Below the pieces are notes generated by a model. That model saw nothing but the letters and a program-made list of their open reading frames with translations. It searched no databases and was not told where the DNA came from. This document shows positions 1 to 12,532 of a stretch of DNA of 64,000 nucleotides, piece by piece (position 1 is the stretch's first letter; each line of letters begins with the position of its first letter). Source of the DNA: Oopsacas minuta (taxonomy: Eukaryota; Animalia; Porifera); NCBI GenBank assembly GCA_024704765.1, contig JAKMXF010000298.1:248001-312000 (forward strand), in the 5' to 3' direction. The translations under genes and the position numbers were made by a program.

Positions 1-3000
1 AATGGAAAAGTCACAACAGCTCTATCTCAAGCTCCACCTTTACCCACTCAAGAGAATATTCTGGAACAAAGTGCGAAGGTTAAAGATTTGCGAGATGAAA
101 TATCTGATATAGCAAATGCTGAGAAGAATGCAGATAAGAAAATGGAGAAAAAAGTATCTGCCAAACCGAGTATTTGGGTTAGAATTAAAAATGAGACATT
201 GCATTACTATCATGGTTTCAAGTTGTTCTTTTACGAAGTGAAAATATCAACTAAATTCCTTGGGAAGATTCTGAGGGGGCATTCACTAACGAGAAGAGAG
301 AAGAGACAACTTGAACGAACTGTTGCAGATATCTTCAGACTTGTACCATTTTCCATATTTATTATACTTCCGTTTATGGAGTTTTTGTTACCAGTTGCAA
401 TCAAAATATTTCCAGGATTGTTGCCTTCAACTTTCCAAACTGTCCAAACGAAAAATGAGAAAATTCGTGCTGAATTGAAGGTCAAGTTGGAGATGTCAAA
501 ATTTCTTAGAAATACCATGGGAGGTATTAATTACCAAAATATTTCGTAGATATTTTCTGTAAATGCTTTTTGTTTTTTTTTTTCAGAAATGAGTGTACTA
601 AATGAAAAGAAAGAAGGGCCAACAATTCATGAATTTGTGGAATTTTTTGAAGCAATTCGTGAGAGAGGAGAGAATGCTCATGTTGATGATGTGATTAGAT
701 TCTCACAACTTTTCAGAGATGAGTTTACGTTGGACAACATGGCACATGCTCAATTGAAGGTATGTGAAGTATTTATACTTATAATGTTTTCAAAATAAAC
801 TATTTCATTTTATGAATGATATACATACATGCACCATGTTCATTGTGCATGATCGGCTTTACACCGTATATGTCGATATGTCCATGGTTGTAACTTGTAG
901 TAATAATTATTGTATCAATTCACTCCTGCTTTAGCCTATAATACCTGGTTATTCTCCTGGGTAATTCATATTTATTCAATTCGCAATATCCACAATAATA
1001 ATAATTACACTGTATTTATCCCTAGTTAAATTTTTATATATTCGTTGTTATTGATACACCATGGCTAAGTAGTTAAGTTTACCTGTCTAGTTTATAAACT
1101 TAGTTGATTCAAAAAGTTATGGCAGCGGTGGGATTCGAACCCACGCCTCCGAAGAGAATAGTGCCTTAAACTATCGCCTTAGACCGCTCGGCCACGCTAC
1201 CTATAATTCATAAAATTACATTTTTCACCTTATAAACCATTATTCCGTACATATTCTTTTCTACTTTAAATCTATGAAAATATCTTGACAATTATCCTGA
1301 AAATTAACAATAGGCTCTCTGCAAGTTATTGATGCTAAACTCTGTTGGTACAAGCGCACTGCTTCGACTGCAACTAAACATGTGTCTGCGACATTTGAAA
1401 GCTGATGATAATCTCATCAGAAAAGAAGGTATTGACAATATGACATCTTCAGAATTGCAATCTGCTTGTCAAGCTCGTGGAATGAGAGCTGTGGGCATGA
1501 ATGGGAGAAAGCTGAAGGAGCAATTATCATTATGGCTAAACTTACATTTAGATAAACAGGTGCAGTTCTTATATGCAGGTTTAACAATTTCATAATTTTA
1601 CGATGGATTCTCATCGTAAATTTGCTTCGAAATGCTGAATTTCTTTCGCAAATATGATTTGATTTTAGTATTTTTCAAATTTAGCAATCTGTATTGATAA
1701 TTTAGCCAATGAATCTACAGCAAAGAATTAAAGAATTATTAATTACAAATTCTAAAATGTGTAATCTAGAAAAATCGAGGACAAAAGTTCATTTTTGATT
1801 AAAGTGTTTTGATGTTGCAATCACTAATTTAATGTATTAATATTGCTAACTAAACTATCTTTGACAACGAATCAATTGTTATACGTTTTCATAAATAGGT
1901 TCCTCCATCTCTTTTACTACTCACACAAGCCCTCACTTTAAAATCACATGCTCCAAATCCAGAAGGATTAGGCAAAACTCTTTCTGCTCTACCAGAAGAG
2001 GTAATTGACCATTTGGAAGCAGAAGTAGCTAAAACTCCAAAAACTAAGCTAGAAACTCTCAGAAATGAACAAGCAAAGATTGAGGAGGAGAATGTAGAGC
2101 ATACGATACAGGTAGAGGAGATATTAGAGAAACAGGTTCTAGTAAAACAAGAAGAAAAAGGTAACTTCACTAATTTGTGATGTAATTTTATCGATCTAGA
2201 TATTCTTAATACAGTGAAACTCCACTAACGGAGGACCGGGTATACCGGTAGCATTTTATGGCTTTTCTCCATCTGGCAACCAAATTTCCAAGTTGTGTTA
2301 TATTTATAAATACAGCGAAACTTCGTTAATACGAACACATTTAATACGAATTTCCGGTTAAGACGAACACAATTTTACACAATTTTAGTCCGTACAATGG
2401 ATATTCAATAGTTTTTACTCCTGTTAATACGTACTCCGGATAAGGAGTACTAATCTCGACGGTCCCTTGGTGTATGTATTAACGAGGTTTCACTGTGTAT
2501 CTTCAGAGAAAATACCAGATGTTGTTGTCAAACCTCCTGTTGATACTCAGCTGACTAAAGAAGACGTGAAGACTTTATCAGAAGCTGTTGACAAACTAAC
2601 GAACATCCGTGAGAGTATTGCTGATATCAAGACAGAGATGGAAATATCTAAAGAGAAAAAGCCTGAACAGATAGGTGTTGTAGAAGTTGAGCCTGAAGTT
2701 ACCAAAAGCAAAGCTGAAAAGATTCTAGCCAAAAAGGTACTAACATTTTCAGTATAGCATGAGAAAATCAATTGCTAGGTCCCTCCTCCTTGCAATGGAC
2801 ATATACAGAGCAGTTGGCTTATTAACAAGTCGTATTTTGCACGAATTTCCCTTTCTAATTTAGCACTCGAACGCCACTTCATGTATCTACTATAATTTAA
2901 TACCAGGTTTCAACAATACTTGCTGGTCTAGAGGAAATAATCTCGAACATAGAAGAAACTACACTGACTACAGAACACATAAGTACTTCAGATTTAACTG

Positions 3001-3221
3001 ATACCCTACTAGCTCTCAAGAATAGTATCAGCCCTGAGAAACTCGAACAAATCGTGAAAGCGATTGATACAGATTCAGATGGGTTCATACGTCAAGAGAA
3101 TTTGCATAAAATCATTAACATGATAGCTTCTGAAGACACAGAGATAAGTACAGCTCATGTTAAGCAAATTACAGAGCTCATAGATCGGGAGCTTCTTACT
3201 GTCAAGCTTAAACAGCAATAA
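1..3221 (+). CDS. LETM1: LETM1 mitochondrial inner-membrane Ca2+/H+ (K+/H+) exchanger, 5' end outside window. Exons <1-523, 587-759, 1314-1559, 1899-2160, 2507-2736, 2907-3221
   Basis: HYYHGFKLF..LTRREKRQLERTVADIFRLVPFSIFIILPFMEFLLPVAIKIFPGLLPSTF, LRLQL..LKADD.LI.KEG, ACQARGMR and an EF-hand-like DTDSDGFI; GT-AG junctions keep the frame; stop TAA 3219-3221. Confidence 0.95.
1120..1201 (-). tRNA. tRNA-Leu(AAG), 82 nt, in LETM1 intron 2
   Basis: Reverse complement GGTAGCGTGGCCGAGCGGTCTAAGGCG-ATAGT-TTAAGGC-ACTAT-TCTCTTCGGAGGCGTGGGTTCGAATCCCACCGCTGCCA: A and B boxes, long variable arm, paired anticodon stem, T-run terminator at 1111-1115. Confidence 0.96.
2313..2495. mobile_element. MITE family C (TIR CAG(T/C)G(A/G)AAC(C/T)TCGTTAATAC), Tc1/mariner-pogo type. 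Related copies ~23190-23347 and 39020-39197
   Basis: tacagcgaaacttcgttaatac ... gtattaacgaggtttcactg inverted ends; the 39020-39197 copy has TA on both sides. Confidence 0.75.
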
Positions 3222-3989
3222 ATACTTGACTACCTGCGACTTTATCTAACATGTTGAATTAGTTAGTTCTAATTCTGATCAATCAATCCCATGTCTTATT
3301 TAATAAGTTTTGTGATATGTAATAATTTTATTATATTAATATTAAATTAATAAATCAAATAACTTATATATAGCTCAGTTTTTGTGTATTAGATTTTCTA
3401 TCTTAGAGGAAAGGTCATTTTTTCGGATTAATGAAAGTCTCCTTTTCGATTGAGTGTATGGAGTTTTTGTATTGCAAAAAAACTGTATTATACTCTACTA
3501 TAGCTCAGCTATATATAAGGAATCTCATATTAATGTAAGATTGTTTTGGATTAATATTCCTCCATCCTTGCTAATGTTTCGATACAATAATGTTTTCGTT
3601 CACACCTTTAGAGATAATGACACCAAATTTGGCATGTGTACCCATAGTGATGTCTAGATGTACACCTGACATTTGAAAAATTTCCTGTGTGTATTTTCAC
3701 ACCTTTTGACACCTCTGTATTTTTCTTTGCTAAAATAGATATTTAGTAGAATAATATACTTTAATTAATCCACTAAAAATTAATTTGGTAAAATCTAAGT
3801 CAGCGCGAGCAAGCGAATCGGCTCATTAATTATAATATTAATTTTGCAGAACTTGTTAATAGCGTAATACATTTATTGGATAATATGAATGAAAATGGAT
3901 GTATGCTCGCTATTGGGGTATCATATGGGACAGAGCTTTACATAAACTCATAAAACATGCATATAGAAAGGTATATTCACACTGGTTAA

Positions 3990-4265
3990 TTATCTTATTT
4001 CTGCTTTTTTGTAATATTCTATCTGTTCGGATAGAACTTTTGATTCCTTCTGGAGCAAGTATTTAAGGTAGCGTAATTGCTGAATACCTCGAGAATGCTC
4101 CTCTCTGTATTTTTGGATATACAAAGATAGTTTGTGTTTCCTTCTGAGTTGTCTCGCTTCCCTAATCTGATTCGCAGAGTATCCGAGGGATTTGAGTAGT
4201 TTTATCACATCACCTGCTGGCTGGTGGTTAATTATGAAACTGATTGGAAGTGATCTATTCCCCAT
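3990..4265 (-). CDS. Small (91 aa) intronless CNC/Maf-like bZIP protein with a degenerate basic region
   Basis: MGNRSLPISFIINHQPAGDVIKLL..QIREARQLRRKHKLSLYIQKYR..IQQLRYLKYLLQKESKVL aligns by eye with the CNC-bZIP core ([53 protein letters not shown]); ATG at 4265. Confidence 0.65.
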   Translation of the reverse strand: MGNRSLPISFIINHQPAGDVIKLLKSLGYSANQIREARQLRRKHKLSLYIQKYREEHSRGIQQLRYLKYLLQKESKVLSEQIEYYKKAEIR

Positions 4266-5041
4266 GATATTTTTGTAGAAGATAATTGAATAATTGATAT
4301 ACCCAATTTTGGAGATGTATTTATACAAATGCAAAATTAACTAACATAAATCGGTAGGAACATCAAGAAACGTCTATTTCCTTCGATCTGAGGAGCTGTT
4401 ACTAAAATAAGAGCAAAAATTGATATATATTCTCCGAGATTACACGCACATATATTTTATCCCTAAAAGTTTCACAAGTTTTTCATTGATATATGTACAT
4501 ATATGACCTTATTGGTTCCGTGATTGCAATGTTTACTCGAAATTTACAAACTAGTTAACATATCCTCTCTTACAGATCTTGACTTTATTGATAGCAAAAG
4601 AGAAATCAATCTACATACAATATTCTTCAATCATTACTTAATATTACTATGAAGAGAGGATAATTTCTATGCTTAATTAAACCCATTTCTTTAATTTTTC
4701 AGTTTAGATGTGTAATGTGAACCCTTACGTCACCATGACAATCAAATCTACTTTCAAGCATTTCAAGTTTCCAATACTCTGTGTCCATTCTCTGGCTTTA
4801 GAATTCTGTGCAAACACTTTGAATCCTTATTTCGTGCTCTCTTACACTCTCGTCACCATTTCTATAGTGGTATTCTAACGCTAGGCTATCCAATTCAAAA
4901 CGTATATATCATATGGACCTATTCGCTATGCTGTAATAATACTATAATTTCACGGTTAGTTCATTCGAAAATTTCTATATATAATATTTCTTGGAAAGTT
5001 AGGATATCAATTCATTTCATTCGAGCAATTATAATTCAAGA

Positions 5042-8000
5042 ATGAAGGCCATTTTATTGATAATATTCTTTGCAACAATATTCAATGGAACAGTTTCAAT
5101 TCGATTTATTCTAAAACCGAAAGATGTCTATGTCTACAATAGTAACGATACGAAATTCACTTGTTTGGCTGAGGGTGAATTAAATATTACTTATGTTTGG
5201 CTGAAGGATGGGAAATCAGGTGGAAACAATAGATGGCAAGCATATGGTAGGTTCATTAATCATTTTATTATACAAATTCCATAATTGAAATAAAACGTGG
5301 TGGAAATTCGTTAAGTATTGCAAAATATAATACTAACTCCACTGTATTTACGAATTTGATTTTCTAGGAGCAACTCTGTATTATAATTCAGTTAAAGCAA
5401 AAGATAATGGTGTATTGGTGACTTGTCAAGCTACAGATTCTACAGGTACTGCAATACAAGCAAGTGCTACTATACACGTATATAACAGATCTACTGCAAC
5501 TTTTCCATTGATTACTACTGGGCCTAGTGACGTAGAAGCTGAATCTGGTGCCAATGTGAATTTCACATGCACTGCTTATGGTAAGTTTATCAAGCAAATT
5601 TCAACCCAAATTTAATAGTTTTTAACAGGTGTAATGGGGGACATTCGCTGGATTCATAGGGACCTAGAGCTTAATACATTCCCAGATCTTCGTGACGTCA
5701 CAACATACAATGATGGTTTGAACATTACCTCTACTTTGAGTTTGATCGAAGTTTACGCTGAGAACAATGGTGTATACGTTTGTGAAGCATTTGGTACTCC
5801 TTTTTATGTTGAAGGATTTGATAGCAAAAATGCGACACTGATCGTACGACAATCCCCTGTCATTATAAGTATTTCTCATAATGTATTCGCTACTGAAGGT
5901 CAGGAGATGAATGCTACCTGTGTTTTCTCAGGATATCCTGAACCTATAATTACATGGGTTGATGTAAATGATACAATTGTGAATAGAGGCTCAAGTTGGA
6001 TTGTGAGTAATGTTGCCATAGATATAGAGGGAGAGTATAGATGTATTGGTAAGAATATACAAGGTACAACTTATTCATTTGTTTCTATAACAGTCTACTC
6101 TATACCACGGATAATTAGTGTATTTGATGAGCTGTTGGATATATCTTTTGGTGATGAGCTTCAACTTGAATGTACTGCTATAGGTAAGATATGTAAATTC
6201 TTATTTCTTTAAATGTTCCTTTTATAGTAGAGTTCGCCTATTAGCAAGTCATATTTTGCACGAATTTCCTTGCCATCTTGCTATTAGAGAAATTATCTCA
6301 TACAAAATGGACTGAAGTCACTAAAAAACACGCTAATATGAAAACACAACTGTATATTGTTTATTAAGAATTCAGTTGATGAATACTCCTGGTATATTCG
6401 TACAAATACAATAGTTATCGCTTATAAGAACACCCTTGGGAGTAGCAAAATACTATTTTCTTATAACCGGTATGAAATCTACAAGATTATGTATATAAGA
6501 ACCATTTTCCATAGGATGGTTCTTATAAGTTGTTTCTTATAGCCGGTGGTTCTTATGCGGTTATCAATTCCTAATTTCTAGGTAGGCCATCACCTGATAT
6601 ATTTTGGTATAAAGATGATAATCAGCTGACAGCTAACAATAGATTATCTATAGAAGCGAATTATCTGTTAATAGGAGAGGTAAACAGAGAAGATCAAGGT
6701 TCATATTATTGTATAGCAGGTAATACAGTAGGAAATATATCATCTGATCAAACATTTGTAAAAGTACACACCATTCCTATTCCACCTTCTGGTCTCGAAA
6801 TAGTTGAAATAACTCATGAATCCGCGAAATTACACTGGATTCCCATAGTATCAACTGATCCTGTATTCCAATTTGAAGTTATCGTAATGGATAAAAGTTA
6901 TTCATTTCCTCTTCAAAATATTTCTATTCCTACTGATTCTCTAACTACAGTAAATGGATTCAGTGAATATACTATACAGGGATTATCTGCTTATACATAT
7001 TACCATATATGGATACAAGCAATAAACGATATTGGTGCGAGCGAATTTTCGCAGTTTGAGTTGTTTCAGACGAAAACATGGTTTCCATCACCCCCGATTG
7101 TACGCACGCGAAATATAACACCTTTCAGTGTAGATATACAAATTATATCCGATGAAAGTGCGCTTAATGGCCCATACGAGGGCGTAAACCTCACAATTAC
7201 GTCACAGCAAGAAGGCCTCTTAACGGATACAAGAATATTCAACTCTTCTTCACAATTAACAATTTATAGCTCCCTATATGACCTAATACCCTATCATAAG
7301 TACACGTTAACAGCTTATACGTTCAACGGAGATTACTATAGTGAAACTTCTACAGTAACATTTCTAACTTTAGAATCACAACCCGGGACACCACCCAGCA
7401 AATTACAGGTCAACTGTACGTCTTCTAGTGTCTGTGTATTGAATTGGGAGCAACCGAAAGAACCGAATGGTTTGATAACTTCTTATACGCTTACTATTGA
7501 GAATTTAGGTTTAACTGAATCACACATTACTTCGTTCACAGTTAGAAACGATTCCAATTTTTATATCGCGGAAGATCTCACACCATATTCGTCATATTCT
7601 TGGAGAATATTAGCCTCCACTCGGGCTGGAGCTGGGCCTCAGGGAACACGTAGATTCAGGACACCTCAAGGAGTTCCGAGCGATAGTCCTATCCTAACGG
7701 TAGAAACTGTCAACTCAACTGCAATCAGATTAACATGGCTAAAATTAGATATAAATAATCTAAACGGTGAATTCCATCACTACCAAATCCTATACACTTA
7801 TACAGGTATAAACGGGAAGAATATAAACAAGACTTTAATAATTCCGTCAAATCGTGGAGTGACAATCTCTAATCTCAATCCTTATACAAACTATGGCTTT
7901 AGCATTAGAGTTAATGCAGGTATAGGGTATGGCCCTTACAGTATAAATCCTATTCATAAAATCACATTTTCAGAGATACCAGATTCGGTTGTTGACAACT

Positions 8001-11000
8001 TCACAGCTATTTCTTTCACACCTAATTCCGTGTTTCTTAAGTGGAAACAAATACCTAAAAACTTGATTTATGCATCAACAGCTAACTATCGCATAGAAAT
8101 AAAATCACATGATAATTGGCTTGAACTAGATGAAGTTACTTACACTAAAAATCTTTATAACGTTAATTACCTACAACCAAATACGCTGTATTTCTTCCGA
8201 ATACAACTCTTCAACTATTTAGGCTCCGCTCCTTATTCAAAAGAAATAAATATTACAACTCAACAAACTATCCCACTTGTCCCTATCGTAACAGGATCAT
8301 TAGGGGCTAATAGCTTAGAAATAATCTTAGAAATTACCCCACAGAATTCTACTACAGGAGATATAATCGAATACGAAGTGAAGGTTAATGAAATTGGTGA
8401 AAGAGTAATTGATATTAGAACTATAATTCCTTTGGACATACACGACACGACTCATATCATTTACAATGCTACTAATTACTTCACATTCTACAAATTTACT
8501 ATCTCAGCTAAAACTACCGTAGGATTTGGTGAACCTGCTATCTACCTAATAGAATCTGGTCAAGCTGCTCCAAGTGTACCCCCACAGCGCTTGATAGCTC
8601 TCCCCCAGACCTCAACAAGTGTACACTTATCTTGGGAACCTATTCCCGATAGTTATCTCAACGGTGAATTAACTGGCTATTTAATACGCTATAATACAGT
8701 ACTACATCAAAATTGGGTGTACTTAAATCATACACAATCTACATTCAAACTAGTAACAGATCTTGACAAGTATACTGTATACACTTTCCAAGTTGCAGGC
8801 GATACAATAGCTATTGGGGAGTATTCAAACCTAGCTTCTAATCGAACACTCCCTGACACCCCTGGGGAAATACAGTCAGTTTCTCTTATTAAGGCTAAAT
8901 CGAATATTCTACGAATTAGATGGGAACCGCCTTCAGAACCTAACGGAATTATTTCGCAATACAGAATAAAAGTTGTACAAGATAGGATTAATGATTTAGC
9001 CATACATGCTTCAACGCTAAACTCAATAATACTCCGTGATTTATCTCCGTACACACAATATACCCTACAAGTAGCTGCTACAAACCAAATAGATACTGGA
9101 CCATACAGTAACGAGTTCATCTTCACAACTAAAGAAGATACTCCATCAAAACCAATTATTTCACAGGTGTACAGGCAAGGCTACCAATTGACAGTCAGCT
9201 GGCATACACCATATGATCCTAATGGGTTAATAATTGACTACAATTTAACGTGCTTTCTCTTATCAGCTAGCGATACGCCTTCATCTACCCGTAAGATTAC
9301 AATACTACACAAATCTGGAATTTATTCGTATTCAGCTTCGTGTACGCAACTTACACCAAACAGTGTATATTTAATAGAATTGTCAGTAAGAAATTCATTC
9401 AATACGAGTTGGACAAGTGCAATAAAAAATACGGATTATCTGCCTCCCAAAATTGTTGATAGTACTTCCACGAAGCCTGAAATAATTAATGAGCGAATTT
9501 TCACACTTCCGAAATTCTCTAAAACAGTTGGAAAAATCTCATTCTACCTCATAGTTGTCCTTGTTTACGACCCTTTAACAACCACAATAGACATACTTAC
9601 TACCAATCAATCAATATACAGCCTCCTAGCGTATGCTCTAACAAGTGATTCATCAAAACCGGAAAACTACATCGCGGCAAATTTCACACCCACAGATTAT
9701 GGATTATTTAATCTAGGGGATAATGAGTTATACGGTGATTACCGTAATATTCCGTTGGAAAAAGGTTATGGCTATACTTTCTACGTCAAAGCATGTGTAA
9801 ATTCAATCAATCAAAATAGATTTCTCGCGACTAGTAGCAGTTTATCTGAACCAATAATAATCCCGAAAGAAATCCCCGCGAATGATCAAATTTCTGCTAT
9901 TTCAGCAGTAGTAGCTGTTTCAACTATTCTCCTTTGTCTTCTCATCTGTATATTCGTAATTTTAATCAGTGTATTCTGTGCGAGAATTCGTTCAAAACGG
10001 AAATGTATAAATAGCTCCAATAATTTGATATCAAAACAGCATTTCCCATACCAGCCTTGTGATACAGAATACAACTCAGTGCCGTGGTCAGCTAATGTTA
10101 ATTTCAAGAAATCATTCAAAGGAATAGATCCAATATCAACCTACCGTAGTACCGCTAATGACCCACAATTAGACGCTAGGGCCCCTGTCCCAGCATTTAT
10201 GTTACCGAAGATTCTGGAAGATTTAACAGCTGATGATGAGCTGCGGTTAAGCGAGGAATATAGCTATCTTATTCCAATAGATACGTCGACTACTATTTTA
10301 GCAAATGCTGAGATTAACGTGAAGAAAAACAGATATTTGAATATACTACCTTACGATCATAATAGAGTTTGTCTACAGGTAAATTCTAAGACAGATTCGG
10401 ATTATATAAACGCTAGTTTCATTGACGGTGCTGACAAAAAGAACGCGTATATTGCGACACAAGGGCCTACTGAATCAACACTTGAAGATTTCTGGCAAAT
10501 GGTGTATGAACAACATGTACAGAGTTTGGTGATGGTCACTAAATTGAAAGAGAAGGGAGTTGATAAATGTATTCAATACTGGCCAACAAAAAACACTAAT
10601 ATATTTGGAAAATATAAAATCACTCTCCTCTCAACGTCTGTATACTGTGACTATATTGTGAGGAAACTTTTGCTTGGAAAAATCGCTACAAACAAAGAAT
10701 CAAGAGTTATTTATCATTTCCAGTTTATTTCCTGGCCAGACCACGGAGTACCACTTCATCCCTTACCCATGCTTAACTTCTTAAAACGTGTCCATCAAAC
10801 AATGAATAGAAAATTGATTGTCACACAAAATCCTATTCTAGTGCATTGCAGTGCTGGCGTAGGCCGAACAGGCACTTTTATAGTTTTGGATTCTATGTTG
10901 AAACGTATGATAAGTGATAAAGATGTTGATATATTTGGTCATGTAGCTTATCTACGTACACAGCGTATGTTCATGGTACAAGGAGAGGATCAGTATTTGT

Positions 11001-12118
11001 TCATTTATAAGGTCCTAGCGGAATGTTACACTTCTCATAAGACTGAAATTCCTTTGAAAATTATTGATAGTGTATACTCAAATCTAACTGTTGTGGATCC
11101 AAACACACAAAAATCTGGTTTCGAGTTTGAATTTAATCTTCTCGAAAGGAAATATGAAAAATGTGACTTTTCATCTGCAGATGATGAATTAAATAAACAG
11201 AAAAACAGATACACACAAATTATACCGTATGAAAACTCACGAGTTAAGTTACCAATTCTAAATGAACAACGAGATACAGATTATGTTAACGCTAGTTTCA
11301 TTGACGGGTATATTTGCAAACAACAGTTCATTGCTACACAAACACCGCTTGCTAATACGATACCAGATTTCTGGAGAATGATCTGGCAAGAAAAATCACC
11401 AATTATCGTAATGATAACTACGCAATCTTCTGATTTTGATGAGTGTTATTTCCCTGAAAAGTTACAGATTTATGACAAATTTCAGGTTGAAAAGACATCT
11501 GATCGCTCCAACAAGGATAATTATATTTACCAACAATTTTCTGTGATGAATATCAGTACAGGAGAAGCACGGACTATAAGTCATTTTCAATATTCTCCTT
11601 TCACACAATTGAATAAGTCATTTTCTGCTAGAGCACTGCTATTGCTGTGCCAAGAGATCGCTAACATGTATCAGTCAGTAAGCTCAGGTCCTATCACAGT
11701 ACATTGTAATAATGGTAGTGGGAATACAGGCATGTTGATAGCAGTAATGAATCTATTGGAAGAATTGAAAGAAGCTAGAAATATCAACATTTCTCAAACA
11801 GTACATTATTTGCGTTCACAGCGTCCATTCATGCTACAAACCGTAGAACAGTATCATATTATATACGAAGCTATGCTACAACAAGTAAAATCTTCTATAG
11901 AAAATATCAGTCGCCGTGCTTCTGGCATCGAAGAGTATACCCCTCCAACTAGCCCAGTAAAAATGTCTACTTTCTCTAAAACACGTGACTCAATCAATTC
12001 ATTCAATAGTTTACCAAATCGTTTGAGTTATACTAATAATTATAATTATCGTAATAGTCTTGCTTCAAATTCTTCCGCCTACTCAAACTATGATGAAGTA
12101 TTGGAGACATCTTCATAG
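5042..12118 (+). CDS. Receptor-type tyrosine phosphatase, LAR/type II-like: signal peptide, 4 Ig, ~9-10 FN3, TM, PTP D1 and D2. Exons 5042-5246, 5368-5580, 5629-6183, 6582-12118
   Basis: Signal MKAILLIIFF; Ig C..W..D.G.Y.C motifs; FN3 repeats (L.PYT.Y); TM ISAVVAVSTILLCLLICIFVILISVFC; D1 KNRY, WPDHGVP, HCSAGVGRTG; D2 KNRY, HCNNGSGNTG. Confidence 0.93.
6225..6340. repeat. Dispersed repeat family D (AGTTCGCCTATTAGCAAGTCATATTTTGCACGAATTTCC). Other copies ~2808-2860, 26040-26170, 32685-32780, 45294-45430, 59105-59220
   Basis: Near-identical non-coding segments recur in both orientations in introns and intergenic DNA. Confidence 0.65.
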
Positions 12119-12532
12119 CATCAAGATGTCTAGCTTTTACCGCTAATTCTTCGACTTGATCCCTTATTACTTATGTACTAGAATACAAAGTGTTTTCCTT
12201 ATATGTAGTTATATTAATTGTATTTGTAGTTTTTGCTTCGTCCCTTTCTTGATGGTATAAATATCCAGACAAACTATTGAACTTCATATGTATATGATCA
12301 GTATATTATCTATTAAATTGACCAATAAATATGTTAATTACCCTGGATACGAGATTGTCTTATAGAATGTGCGTAGAAAACATAGTTCTTAGGAAATTTC
12401 AAATCTCAATGGGTCTCTGCTGCGAATCATTAGTTGTACTAGAATCAATATTAACTAGCATATAATCATAGTTTCTTTATATGACCATAAAAGGACTGTT
12501 CACTTATTTAATTATAGCTTCAATTCGGAAAG

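Noticed and set aside
3454-3657. 67-aa + strand ORF downstream of LETM1
   Set aside because: No recognisable motif, low-complexity AT-rich composition, and its end overlaps repeat-like sequence
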